From Desulfobulbaceae bacterium (GTDB taxonomy: Bacteria > Desulfobacterota > Desulfobulbia > Desulfobulbales > Desulfobulbaceae), in NCBI GenBank assembly GCA_015489765.1, contig WFZC01000037.1:3400-67399 (forward strand): a stretch of 64,000 nt of DNA, read 5' to 3'. Under the pieces are notes generated by a model. The model saw nothing but the letters and a program-made list of their open reading frames with translations. It searched no databases and was not told the origin of the DNA. The position numbers and the translations under genes are program-made. This document shows, one piece after another, positions 16,954 to 25,149 of the stretch (the first letter of the stretch is position 1; each line of letters starts with the position of its first letter).

Positions 16954-19254
16954 TCAGGCTATTTTGCTCTCATAACGCGGGATTTCATCCGGCACGGCAA
17001 CCAGCTCCGGTATGTTCAGGGTCTTTCCACCTTTGATAATCCTGACAAAGTTGGTACGTTTGGAATCAGCGCCGATAAAAGGGTCGTGCACCACGTTGGT
17101 CATAAGGAAGCCATCGGCGGCCCCTTTGCCGTATGCCCGGCTTAAGTGTTTGGACTTTGAACCAAAACCGTGATACATAAAGACGGCATCCGGCCTGATG
17201 CCGGGAGTGACCAGCACCTTGATCGGATTGGAACGTTTGCCGTCCTGGTTTTCCAGAATAATTTCCTCATCGTTTTTAATGCCGAGTTTGGCGGCAATCT
17301 TGTCATTGAGCCATAACTTGTTCTCAGGCATCTCGTTGTGCAGCCAGAGATTGTTCATGGTCCGGGAAAAGGTATGCATCGGCGCCCGGCCATAGAGTAA
17401 ACGGGCATACCCCTTGGGCGGGGCCGGGGTCGGTTCAAACTTGGGAATGGCATCCAGGTCTTCGTCGTCAAATTCCTCGACTGCCAGCTGAATCTTTCCG
17501 GACTCGGTTCCGACTTTAAGCTGCTTGGAATCCCGATACGGGTTGCCGGGATAGGTCACCAGGCCGCCCTGGCTGTTCAACTTGTCAAGGGTCAGCCCGG
17601 CCCCCTTGAGTTCCTCATTGAGAAACTCTTCCTCATCCTTGCAGGTATATCCCTTGATACCAAGTTTTTTGGCAAGATTTTGGGCAATCCAATAGGGTGA
17701 TTTCACGTCAAACATGGGCTTGACCACCGGCTGTCGGACAGTCAAATATGGGGTCAAGCCGTCATAGGCGTACAGACCGTCGTAGCGCTCAAGATAGACG
17801 GAATCAGGGAGGATAATGTCCGACCAGAGGGCGGTTTCCCCGGCCATCATCTCTTCGCAAAAGATGAAGTCCAGATTCTTGATCGCCTTCATGGTGTCAT
17901 AGGGATTGGGCAGGGTCTGGATAATATTGACGCCGTTGACACCCAGCAGTTTGACCGGATAAGGCTTGCCGGTCAGAGCAGCGTTGATAATGCTGCGGGT
18001 TGTTGTCCCGAAAATATTGGAAAACGGATACGGAGAATCCTCTTTCATGGAAGGATCGGCTTCCGCTGTCTCGACCTCTTCCGGCTCCGGACATTCCGCC
18101 TTGCCGAGTTTGACCGGGGTCGGAAAATAGATGCCGCCGGGCACACCAACAGCGCCGAACAGGGCGGTAAGAATGGCATAGGACTGATGACGGCCAACAT
18201 CACCCTTGCCGTACCAGGTGGCATGGCGGCCGGGATGGATGTTGACATGGGGAGCGGCCTTGGCCAGTTCAAGGATGGCGGCCTTCATGTCCTCGATCCT
18301 GAGATCGCAGATTTTGGCGGCCCATTCCATGGAATAGTCTTTGACCTCCGCCTTTAACTGATCAAAGCCTTCACAGTTGCGGGCAACAAAACTCTTGTCG
18401 TACAGGTTATTCTGAATAACGTAATTTATCCAGGCCAGCATGAGGGCCGTGTCGGTTCCCGGTCTGATGGGCAGGTAGATGTGGGCCTTGTTGGCTGGCG
18501 CGGAAAACCTCGGATCAACAACAATGAGTTTGGCGCCGTTACTCATGCCCTGGATAAATTCCCGCACATGGGAAACATGGACATTTTCACCGATATGGGA
18601 GGCCACCAGCAACATGGCCTTGGCATGGCCCATGTCATTATACTGGCGGGTGCCTGTGGTGACATAGCCAACAGTATTCAGGTAGGCAAGCGCTGCCGGA
18701 CCCACGCACTGGTAAAAGGCCGGCTCACTGGTAAAGTTTTCCGTGCCCATGGCCTTGAAAATACCACGCATGAATTCAGCCGAGGCGCCATGATCAAAAT
18801 AGGCCAGGGCATGGGGACCATATTTCTTTTTCACCTGCTGCATGTTATGGGCAATTTCATCTAGGGCCTCGTCCCAGGAAATCTTTGCCCACTTACCCTC
18901 GCCCCTGGCTCCTACCCGCTTAAGCGGTGTTTTCACCCGGTCGGGATCATAAACCAGCTGGACGCCGGAATTTCCCCTGGCGCAGACCCGGGTGCCATTG
19001 ACGGGGCTCTTCGGGTTCCCCTCAATTTTAACGATCTTGCCGTCCTTGACCTTGCCGACGATGGGACAGCGCCAGAAACACATCTCGCAGACCGAGGTAA
19101 TCTCCCTGGCCCCCATTGATCCGGTTTCAGGACCGATTGCCGCCCCGGCCGTGGCCGGACGAAACAGATTGCCGCCACCAACATCCCCGGTGGCCGTGAC
19201 CGCCATGGCAGCGGCGGTTGCCGCTGACATCTTGAGAAAATGCCGTCTGTTCAT
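16954..19254 (-). CDS. Tat-exported molybdopterin (bis-MGD) oxidoreductase catalytic subunit, polysulfide/thiosulfate reductase-like (PsrA/PhsA family)
   Basis: MNRRHFLKMSAATAAAMAV is a Tat signal. CEMCFWRCPIVGKV...RVCARG is the N-terminal FeS0 motif as seen in the Psr/Phs family. 766 aa. The start overlaps the chaperone stop (ATGA). Confidence 0.8.
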   Translation of the reverse strand: MNRRHFLKMSAATAAAMAVTATGDVGGGNLFRPATAGAAIGPETGSMGAREITSVCEMCFWRCPIVGKVKDGKIVKIEGNPKSPVNGTRVCARGNSGVQLVYDPDRVKTPLKRVGARGEGKWAKISWDEALDEIAHNMQQVKKKYGPHALAYFDHGASAEFMRGIFKAMGTENFTSEPAFYQCVGPAALAYLNTVGYVTTGTRQYNDMGHAKAMLLVASHIGENVHVSHVREFIQGMSNGAKLIVVDPRFSAPANKAHIYLPIRPGTDTALMLAWINYVIQNNLYDKSFVARNCEGFDQLKAEVKDYSMEWAAKICDLRIEDMKAAILELAKAAPHVNIHPGRHATWYGKGDVGRHQSYAILTALFGAVGVPGGIYFPTPVKLGKAECPEPEEVETAEADPSMKEDSPYPFSNIFGTTTRSIINAALTGKPYPVKLLGVNGVNIIQTLPNPYDTMKAIKNLDFIFCEEMMAGETALWSDIILPDSVYLERYDGLYAYDGLTPYLTVRQPVVKPMFDVKSPYWIAQNLAKKLGIKGYTCKDEEEFLNEELKGAGLTLDKLNSQGGLVTYPGNPYRDSKQLKVGTESGKIQLAVEEFDDEDLDAIPKFEPTPAPPKGYARLLYGRAPMHTFSRTMNNLWLHNEMPENKLWLNDKIAAKLGIKNDEEIILENQDGKRSNPIKVLVTPGIRPDAVFMYHGFGSKSKHLSRAYGKGAADGFLMTNVVHDPFIGADSKRTNFVRIIKGGKTLNIPELVAVPDEIPRYESKIA

Positions 19255-19793
19255 GCAAAAACCTCCATATCAATTTGTTGAAGACACAGTTCTGTCACCT
19301 GTGCCAGTATTTTATAAAACTCCAGGGGATTGGCATGGATCAACCGCTCATAAAAGGCAGGATACCATCTGGAAAAATGGTCCTGGATGAAATCGTCCAG
19401 GAGTTCCCTTTCTCCCAGTTCCAGCAACAGACCGATAAAGGTCAGCTCATGGCAAATATGGTCTGGTGACTCACTCCCCTCGACCGGCTCCAGACCGGCC
19501 CGGTAATACATGGCAAGTGCCTGGTCATACCCCTGTTGATGCAGAATACCGGCACTGTTAATATAAACTGAGGCATAGGGAGGCGCTGCAACCCCGCCCG
19601 GGCCATTGATAAACAGGCGTACATATTCGGCCTGCTGGTCAACAAGCGGTACATCAGCCAGGGTGGAACCGTCCACTTGCAGGTCCATGTCAGCAGCCAG
19701 CAGGGACAAGGCCTCGGCAGTGCCAACAAGAAGACCCTCTTCCGGATAGCTGAAACAGTTGGCAAGAAAATGAAAAGGATGGGTCGTTATCAT
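19251..19793 (-). CDS. TorD/DmsD-family redox-enzyme maturation chaperone
   Basis: EYVRLFINGPGGVAAPPYASVY and PDHICHELTFIGLL are TorD-like motifs. ATG at 19793 follows AGGAGA; the track ORF start at 19832 adds 13 codons. Confidence 0.75.
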   Translation of the reverse strand: MITTHPFHFLANCFSYPEEGLLVGTAEALSLLAADMDLQVDGSTLADVPLVDQQAEYVRLFINGPGGVAAPPYASVYINSAGILHQQGYDQALAMYYRAGLEPVEGSESPDHICHELTFIGLLLELGERELLDDFIQDHFSRWYPAFYERLIHANPLEFYKILAQVTELCLQQIDMEVFA

Positions 19794-19850
19794 GCTTTTT
19801 CTCCTGGAAAGGATCGGAATATAGAGCCTCAACTACACACACAGATTGAA

Positions 19851-19866
19851 ATGAATCACGGTTCAT
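19851..19866. promoter_or_regulatory. Palindromic operator candidate ATGAAT-CACG-GTTCAT
   Basis: It lies 58-73 nt upstream of the chaperone/oxidoreductase operon start, in the divergent region shared with the cytochrome c3 gene. It has the same half-sites and spacing as 12493 and 21253. Confidence 0.4.
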
Positions 19867-20318
19867 ATTGAAGCGGCATGGTACAATACCGAACTTCTTA
19901 TGTCAATTAAGTTATAACTATCCATAAATTTTCCTTATAGTAAGGAGCATATTCACATAATGGTGTATTTTCAATGCATTCTCGTCCCATTGTTATTAAT
20001 CAGCCCCGGATGAAAGGCAAAAACATAGCCTGCGATTTTCTCGCAAAACAAATATTTGAAACTTCATCAATAAAATTGGAGCTGTATTGACAAGCCCCTG
20101 ATTCCGTGATAAGAATCCTTAACATATTCATTATTCCTGAAGCCGCTATTCATTTTATTTTGGGATTGACGTCCAACTTCGATCTCTGCGCAACAGAAAT
20201 CTCTTCCCGGTTTAACTTCTTCCACATGAACTGAACCGAGAGGAGGTAGGTATTGCCCCGGGTCATTGAATTGAGACGGCAATCAACTTTATTTTTCTTT
20301 TTGCAGAAGGAGGAAAGC

Positions 20319-20735
20319 ATGAAAAAGGCATTCATCTGTAGCGTAGCGCTGGCATTTCTCTGCAGCATAGGTTTGGTATCCATGGCTGCCGCCGGAGTGG
20401 ACAAGGGACCTGCCGAGATCACCATTAACCCCAATGGCAAAAAACCGGTTAAATTTCCCCATGCCATGCATCAGAAACGACTGAAATGTGCCACATGTCA
20501 TCACTCCAAGGACAAAGACGGCAAACAGGTCCCTTATACAGAGGGAATGAAGATTCAGAAATGTGAAACATGCCACACCGGTGATATGCTCAAAGGTAAG
20601 GTCAAGGGAAGGACGGCAATGCAGCGTGCTGGTCACGGCAGATGCCTGGCCTGCCACAAGGAGATGGCCAAAAAGGATGCAAAATATAAAAAGCTGAAAA
20701 AATGCTCAAACTGCCATATTAAGAAAAAGAAATAA
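20319..20735 (+). CDS. Tetrahaem cytochrome c3 (class III)
   Basis: A signal peptide (MKKAFICSVALAFLCSIGLVSMAAA) and four CxxCH motifs (CATCH, CETCH, CLACH, CSNCH) occur in about 115 mature residues. ATG at 20319 follows AAGGAGGAAAGC. Confidence 0.9.
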   Translation: MKKAFICSVALAFLCSIGLVSMAAAGVDKGPAEITINPNGKKPVKFPHAMHQKRLKCATCHHSKDKDGKQVPYTEGMKIQKCETCHTGDMLKGKVKGRTAMQRAGHGRCLACHKEMAKKDAKYKKLKKCSNCHIKKKK

Positions 20736-20761
20736 CAGCCTGGAAAAGTCAACAAACCAAC

Positions 20762-20793
20762 AGGAGGAGAGGAACATGGCTTCCTCTCCTCCT
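20762..20793 (+). terminator. Strong hairpin after the cytochrome c3 gene (terminator candidate, no clear U-tract)
   Basis: A 13-bp perfect stem (AGGAGGAGAGGAA / TTCCTCTCCTCCT) has a 6-nt loop. It lies 27 nt after the stop. Confidence 0.5.
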
Positions 20794-21252
20794 GCCACCC
20801 GCTTGCACCTCATTTCCAATCTATTGTCCCTCCCCCCAAGAACCTGTTCCAGCAACCTACTCTTAACCAGGAATCATTCTGTTTGCAGATCAACCGGTAT
20901 GGCTTAAAGGTACAACAAACCAAAAAATGATCTGCTCCTGAAATTCTTGTTTACCAACCGGGCGGACATGAAGCGCGTTGGAGCAACAGAGTATTACCCT
21001 GTTCCCCACACATGTTGCGTGATGGAACAAATGAACAGGATACGCTAACCGCATACGTAACTATTTTCGTACAGGAAAAAAATCGAGGTATGGGTGGCGA
21101 ACAGGAAAAGAGGGGGGAAGAGCAATAATCGGTGCAGCCTTTTCTCCTTCGTCTGCCAATACCCTGGCTGCACCGATCATGCAACACCAATGAACCATCA
21201 TTTCGTTGAAAACATTATGTTTTCAACGATGATACTTTTCATGGAAACAGCC

Positions 21253-21268
21253 ATGAATGACGATTCAT
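21253..21268. promoter_or_regulatory. Palindromic operator candidate ATGAAT-GACG-ATTCAT
   Basis: It is a perfect 6-4-6 palindrome about 240 nt upstream of the octahaem cytochrome gene and about 120 nt upstream of the predicted promoter. Confidence 0.45.
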
Positions 21269-21384
21269 TCACAAGAAAAGGATGCATTCATATAACGCAT
21301 AAAAAACGGAAAAGCAAGACCATTATCAATGAAATATGTAACTCGATTCAAGTTTAATGAATAGATCGCGAGCGATAAATCCCC

Positions 21385-21413
21385 TTGACCGGGCTCTAGA
21401 TAGAAGATATTTT
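21385..21413 (+). promoter_or_regulatory. Candidate sigma-70-type promoter for the octahaem cytochrome gene
   Basis: TTGACC (21385-21390), N17, TATTTT (21408-21413). It lies about 90 nt upstream of the ATG at 21506. Confidence 0.4.
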
Positions 21414-21505
21414 TACTGGAACGCATCAACGTCAACATTCAACCGGCCCATGCCAGGCTCTGGTCGACGTCCTCCGTCCATGCCCTTTTCCGACAACAAC
21501 CAACC

Positions 21506-22927
21506 ATGGGTGCCATGAAACAATTTTTTCCTCCGACAATAATTCTTCTGTACCTGCTGATCCTGGGATTCTGCCTGCCAACGATCGCTTGCGCAGTTGA
21601 AGCGCACCAAAAAATACAGGGGCCGTTTTCATCCCTGCTCGAGGTGAACAGGGCCTGCATGAAGTGCCATCAGCAGCAGGTCGATGATATAAAAAAATCG
21701 CGGCACTGGACCTGGCAACGAAAGAGGATCATTAACGGGAAGGTGGTTCTTTCAACCATGGACAGCGACCTTTCACGATTTGCAATTGCCGCCAAAAACA
21801 ATCCGGACGTTTGTCACCGGTGCCATATCGGCACCTTTCCCGGCAGGCCTTTTTTGTTCACTACCACAAACCAACCGGTCAACTGCCTCATCTGCCATGA
21901 TACAACAGGTCTCTATTCACCCGGGGTAGAACCATCCCGGCTGGAGATGATTGCGCGCCTGGCAGGCAGGTCATCGGTTCACAACTGCCTGATTTGTCAT
22001 GACCAACAATGCGGCCTTGTCCCATCCTCAACAGCTCCCCTCACCAGTGATGTTCACATACAGCGTTACGGATTCACCTGCTTGCGATGCCATCCAGACA
22101 ATGGACATCATGCCCCTGCCCGAACCATGCCAACGAACTCGGACCGGACCGGGATTACGGGCTGCGTCGGCTGTCATGGTCAGTCTCCGCACACCCTTGC
22201 CCGTTTAAACCAGCATGCCTTGCGTATTGACTGTCGGAGCTGCCACATTCCGGTCTACGGAGACGCGCGACCTGTTATTATAAGTTGGAACTGGTTGCTT
22301 ACAGGCAGCAAATACCGTCTGTCCAGGCACGACAACGCCCTGGCCGGTGACGGTTTTCTCATGGACACAGAGCTCAGGCCCATCTATGAATGGGATGACG
22401 GATCTAACAAATTGTATCTAAGGGGAGACCGGGCAAAGCAGGGAACAACCACTCTCCTGCAGGGGCCAGGCCCCAGAACCCCGGCATCAAAGATCATGCC
22501 CTTTGCCCTGCAGTATGGAGTCCAGCTAAAGGACAAGAAATTCCACTATCTTCTTTCCCCCCTGCTCAGCCGCCGTAAACCGCCCTTTTTTACCAACAAT
22601 GATCTTCAACAGGCGGCCAGCAGTGGCATGCAGGCTCTCCGCCTGCCCTACAGCGGTGAATCAGCAACAGCAATAACGATTTCCCTGCGCCGACTCAGTC
22701 ATGGTATAAAGCCGGCAGCCCAAGCCCTTGGATGCCTGGACTGCCACGGTTCTGCGACCGGTTTTAACTGGCATACGCTCGGCTATCAGCAGGACCCCTG
22801 GACCAATGGCAGAAACAACATTCAGGCCCCGCCGCCTGCATCCGCACCTCCAACTATCTCCCTGCCGCCGGTGGAAGAATCAGTACTGCCGGTGATGCCG
22901 GAAATGGGGGCGGGAGCGTCCCGCTGA
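21506..22927 (+). CDS. Octahaem c-type cytochrome, tetrathionate-reductase (Otr)-like family
   Basis: A signal peptide and eight CxxCH motifs are present (CMKCH, CHRCH, CLICH x2, CLRCH, CVGCH, CRSCH, CLDCH). The N-terminal context GPFSSLLEVNRACMKCHQQQVDDIKKSRHWTW resembles the Otr family as I recall it. Confidence 0.65.
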   Translation: MGAMKQFFPPTIILLYLLILGFCLPTIACAVEAHQKIQGPFSSLLEVNRACMKCHQQQVDDIKKSRHWTWQRKRIINGKVVLSTMDSDLSRFAIAAKNNPDVCHRCHIGTFPGRPFLFTTTNQPVNCLICHDTTGLYSPGVEPSRLEMIARLAGRSSVHNCLICHDQQCGLVPSSTAPLTSDVHIQRYGFTCLRCHPDNGHHAPARTMPTNSDRTGITGCVGCHGQSPHTLARLNQHALRIDCRSCHIPVYGDARPVIISWNWLLTGSKYRLSRHDNALAGDGFLMDTELRPIYEWDDGSNKLYLRGDRAKQGTTTLLQGPGPRTPASKIMPFALQYGVQLKDKKFHYLLSPLLSRRKPPFFTNNDLQQAASSGMQALRLPYSGESATAITISLRRLSHGIKPAAQALGCLDCHGSATGFNWHTLGYQQDPWTNGRNNIQAPPPASAPPTISLPPVEESVLPVMPEMGAGASR

Positions 22928-23407
22928 TTTTTTATTGCGCCGTTTCCACTGTGACGGCGACAGGGGATTTGGTTCCGCCCACAACCCCAGGTGTTGCGAC
23001 CTGGCCTGTTGTTGTTCAGTATCCAACTGGCGGCAAAGCGGCTGTTTTTTACAGTATCTGGGATAGAGCCAGGCCGCGCCCCGATGCACCAGCTCCCGGT
23101 TGACGAGCCTGCCACCGACCGAAACCAGGGCAACGGTCCTGTGATAGCGATCGACATCCATCGGCTGGATGTCGACAATTTTTTTATAGACCAGCCTGCT
23201 CGTCACCCGGCGCGCCTGCCTGCCGAAAGGCTGCTTATACTCGGGGGCATCAATGCCGTACAGCCGTATCTCATAGAGCCGACCACCCCTTTTCACCAGG
23301 ATTGAATCCCCGTCCAGCACCCGCACCACTTTTCCCTGCCAGGCCAGGGCCGGGCACTGCCACACCAGTACACAGATAATGCCAATTAGCCAACCACAGA
23401 TCCGCAT
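22880..23407 (-). CDS. Secreted thermonuclease (SNase-like) family protein
   Basis: VVRVLDGDSILVKRGGRLYEIRLYGIDAPE and HRTVALVSVGGRLVNRELVHRGAAW form the staphylococcal-nuclease fold signature. MRICGWLIGIICVLVWQCPALA is a signal peptide. ATG at 23407. The 3' end overlaps the convergent cytochrome gene by 48 nt. Confidence 0.75.
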   Translation of the reverse strand: MRICGWLIGIICVLVWQCPALAWQGKVVRVLDGDSILVKRGGRLYEIRLYGIDAPEYKQPFGRQARRVTSRLVYKKIVDIQPMDVDRYHRTVALVSVGGRLVNRELVHRGAAWLYPRYCKKQPLCRQLDTEQQQARSQHLGLWAEPNPLSPSQWKRRNKKSAGRSRPHFRHHRQY

Positions 23408-23576
23408 CCTCACTCTCCCCTGCCTTGCCGACCAAAATTTCGACACCAAAACAAAAAAATCGTCAATAAAATGACACAAAAAGAGAAACCCGCTTGTTTT
23501 CCACACTATTTCTATGATAGAGTTTTTTCAAGAAGATGACAAAAATACTTTCTGACACCAATAAACATCTCCCACG

Positions 23577-24071
23577 ATGAAATCCACTGACCTGTACCGG
23601 GAACTCAACGAACATGAAGAAAAAACCCGGGACTACATGCTGACCCTGGCCCTGTTTGATGCCTTCAAGAGCGAAGACCTTGATATCCTTGCCCGGCACA
23701 TGAACTATTCAGAGATTCTGCGCGGCGAATATCTTTTTACCGAAGGGGACCAGGGGGACTATCTCTGCTTTGTGGTGCGAGGGCTTCTTGAAGTGTTAAA
23801 AAAAACAGCCCAGGGCGATTATCGGACCATTGCCAGGCTTGGCAAGGGCAGTACCATTGGCGAGATGTCCATCATCGACAAGGCGCCCCGCTCGGCTTCG
23901 GTCATTGCCAGACAGCCGACCATCGTCCTCATCCTGACCAAAAAAGGATTTGACCTCCTGACCGACCGCCATCCCGCTGTCAGCATTACCCTGTTGAAAA
24001 AAATCATGCGCCTGCTCAGCCTGAACATGCGCCGCACATCCAGCAAACTGGCCGACCAGCTTCCCACCTGA
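23577..24071 (+). CDS. Stand-alone cyclic-nucleotide-binding domain protein
   Basis: 164 aa. LFTEGDQGDYLCFVVRGLLEV...GKGSTIGEMSIIDKAPRSASVIA is a cNMP-binding (CAP effector) signature. No HTH or other output domain is present. Confidence 0.8.
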   Translation: MKSTDLYRELNEHEEKTRDYMLTLALFDAFKSEDLDILARHMNYSEILRGEYLFTEGDQGDYLCFVVRGLLEVLKKTAQGDYRTIARLGKGSTIGEMSIIDKAPRSASVIARQPTIVLILTKKGFDLLTDRHPAVSITLLKKIMRLLSLNMRRTSSKLADQLPT

Positions 24072-24075
24072 TGCC

Positions 24076-25131
24076 ATGAAACAGCAAACTTCCTTCCACG
24101 GTATTATCGGAAGCTGTCAGGCCATGCAGCAGCTCTTTGATCTTATCGGGAAACTTGCCCAGGATGACTCGGGCACGGTTTTGATCCAGGGAGAGTCGGG
24201 TACCGGCAAGGAGCTGGTTGCCAAGGCCATTCATCGTCATAGTCCCCGTAAAAGAAAAAATTTTGTGCCGATCAACTGTGCGGCTATTCCGGAAGACCTG
24301 TTGGAAAGCGAACTGTTCGGATACAGCAAAGGCGCCTTTACCGGTGCGACCAGCGCCAAAATAGGCCGGATTGAATATGCCGACGGCGGCACCCTGTTCC
24401 TTGATGAAATCGGCGACATGAAACCCGCGCTCCAGGCCAAACTGCTGCGAGTTCTCCAGGAACGCGAGTTTGAACCGGTGGGCGGCCTCAAGCCCATACC
24501 CGTTGACGTGCGGGTCATTGCCGCCACCCACCGCAACCTTGAGCAGATGGTTGAGGAAGGACTGTTCCGGGAAGACCTGTTTTACCGGCTCTGTGTCATT
24601 CCGGTCAACATTCCACCTTTGCGCGATCGGGCCGAGGATATTCCGCACCTGATCGACCATTTTATTCAAACCGGTGCCAGGGAAGAGAAAAAAATGGTGA
24701 CCGGCTTTCACCCGACAGCCATGCAGGCCCTGCAGGCCTACAGTTGGAAAGGTAATGTTCGCGAGCTGGAAAACCTGATTCAGCACATGTCCATCTTACA
24801 TGGCGGCAAACAGGTAGGCTACAGCGACCTGCCGGAAAAATATCGCGGCGAGGTTCAGCCAGAGTCGCAGGGGGTGGAATCATCATCCCCTGATGTATCT
24901 GTCCCCGAACAACTGCTGCTCTTTTCAAGTGGTCCCCAACAACCCGATGAGATCTGGGATGACAATGGGGTCGACTTTAAGGGCCTGGTCAATGAATTTG
25001 AAAGCCGGCTCATTCTCAAGGCGCTCAAGGCGACAAACGGTAATAAAAAAGAAGCCGCCCGTCTGCTCAATCTCAAACGAACCACCCTGCTGGAGAAAAT
25101 TAAGAAAAAAGAACTGCAGTGGAAGGAATAA
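24076..25131 (+). CDS. Sigma-54-dependent transcriptional activator (AAA+ domain plus C-terminal Fis-type HTH), lacking any N-terminal sensory domain
   Basis: Walker A GESGTGKELVAKAIH, the GAFTGA loop (KGAFTGA) and Walker B LFLDEIGDM are present. The C-terminal HTH is NKKEAARLLNLKRTTLLEKIKK. The AAA+ core starts about 10 residues after the Met. Confidence 0.9.
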   Translation: MKQQTSFHGIIGSCQAMQQLFDLIGKLAQDDSGTVLIQGESGTGKELVAKAIHRHSPRKRKNFVPINCAAIPEDLLESELFGYSKGAFTGATSAKIGRIEYADGGTLFLDEIGDMKPALQAKLLRVLQEREFEPVGGLKPIPVDVRVIAATHRNLEQMVEEGLFREDLFYRLCVIPVNIPPLRDRAEDIPHLIDHFIQTGAREEKKMVTGFHPTAMQALQAYSWKGNVRELENLIQHMSILHGGKQVGYSDLPEKYRGEVQPESQGVESSSPDVSVPEQLLLFSSGPQQPDEIWDDNGVDFKGLVNEFESRLILKALKATNGNKKEAARLLNLKRTTLLEKIKKKELQWKE

Positions 25132-25149
25132 CGCCAAGATATAATTAGA

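Noticed and set aside
15023-16975. 237-aa and 306-aa plus-strand ORFs
   Set aside because: They are antisense to the nine-haem cytochrome and FeS subunit genes. They have no CxxCH or Cys-cluster logic of their own.
19990-20043. 17-codon ORF (MVYFQCILVPLLLISPG) after a TAAGGAG sequence in the divergent region
   Set aside because: The SD-to-ATG spacing is about 12 nt, which is too long. There is no conservation evidence, and the region is AT-rich promoter DNA.
20087-20116. TTGACA-containing sigma-70 promoter for the cytochrome c3 gene
   Set aside because: The -35 box is perfect, but no acceptable -10 hexamer lies at 16-18 nt spacing (GATAAG or TAAGAA at best), and the site is 230 nt from the start codon. 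Support is too weak to list as a feature.
24016-24786. 256-aa minus-strand ORF
   Set aside because: It is antisense to the sigma-54 activator AAA+ domain and has no motif or RBS.
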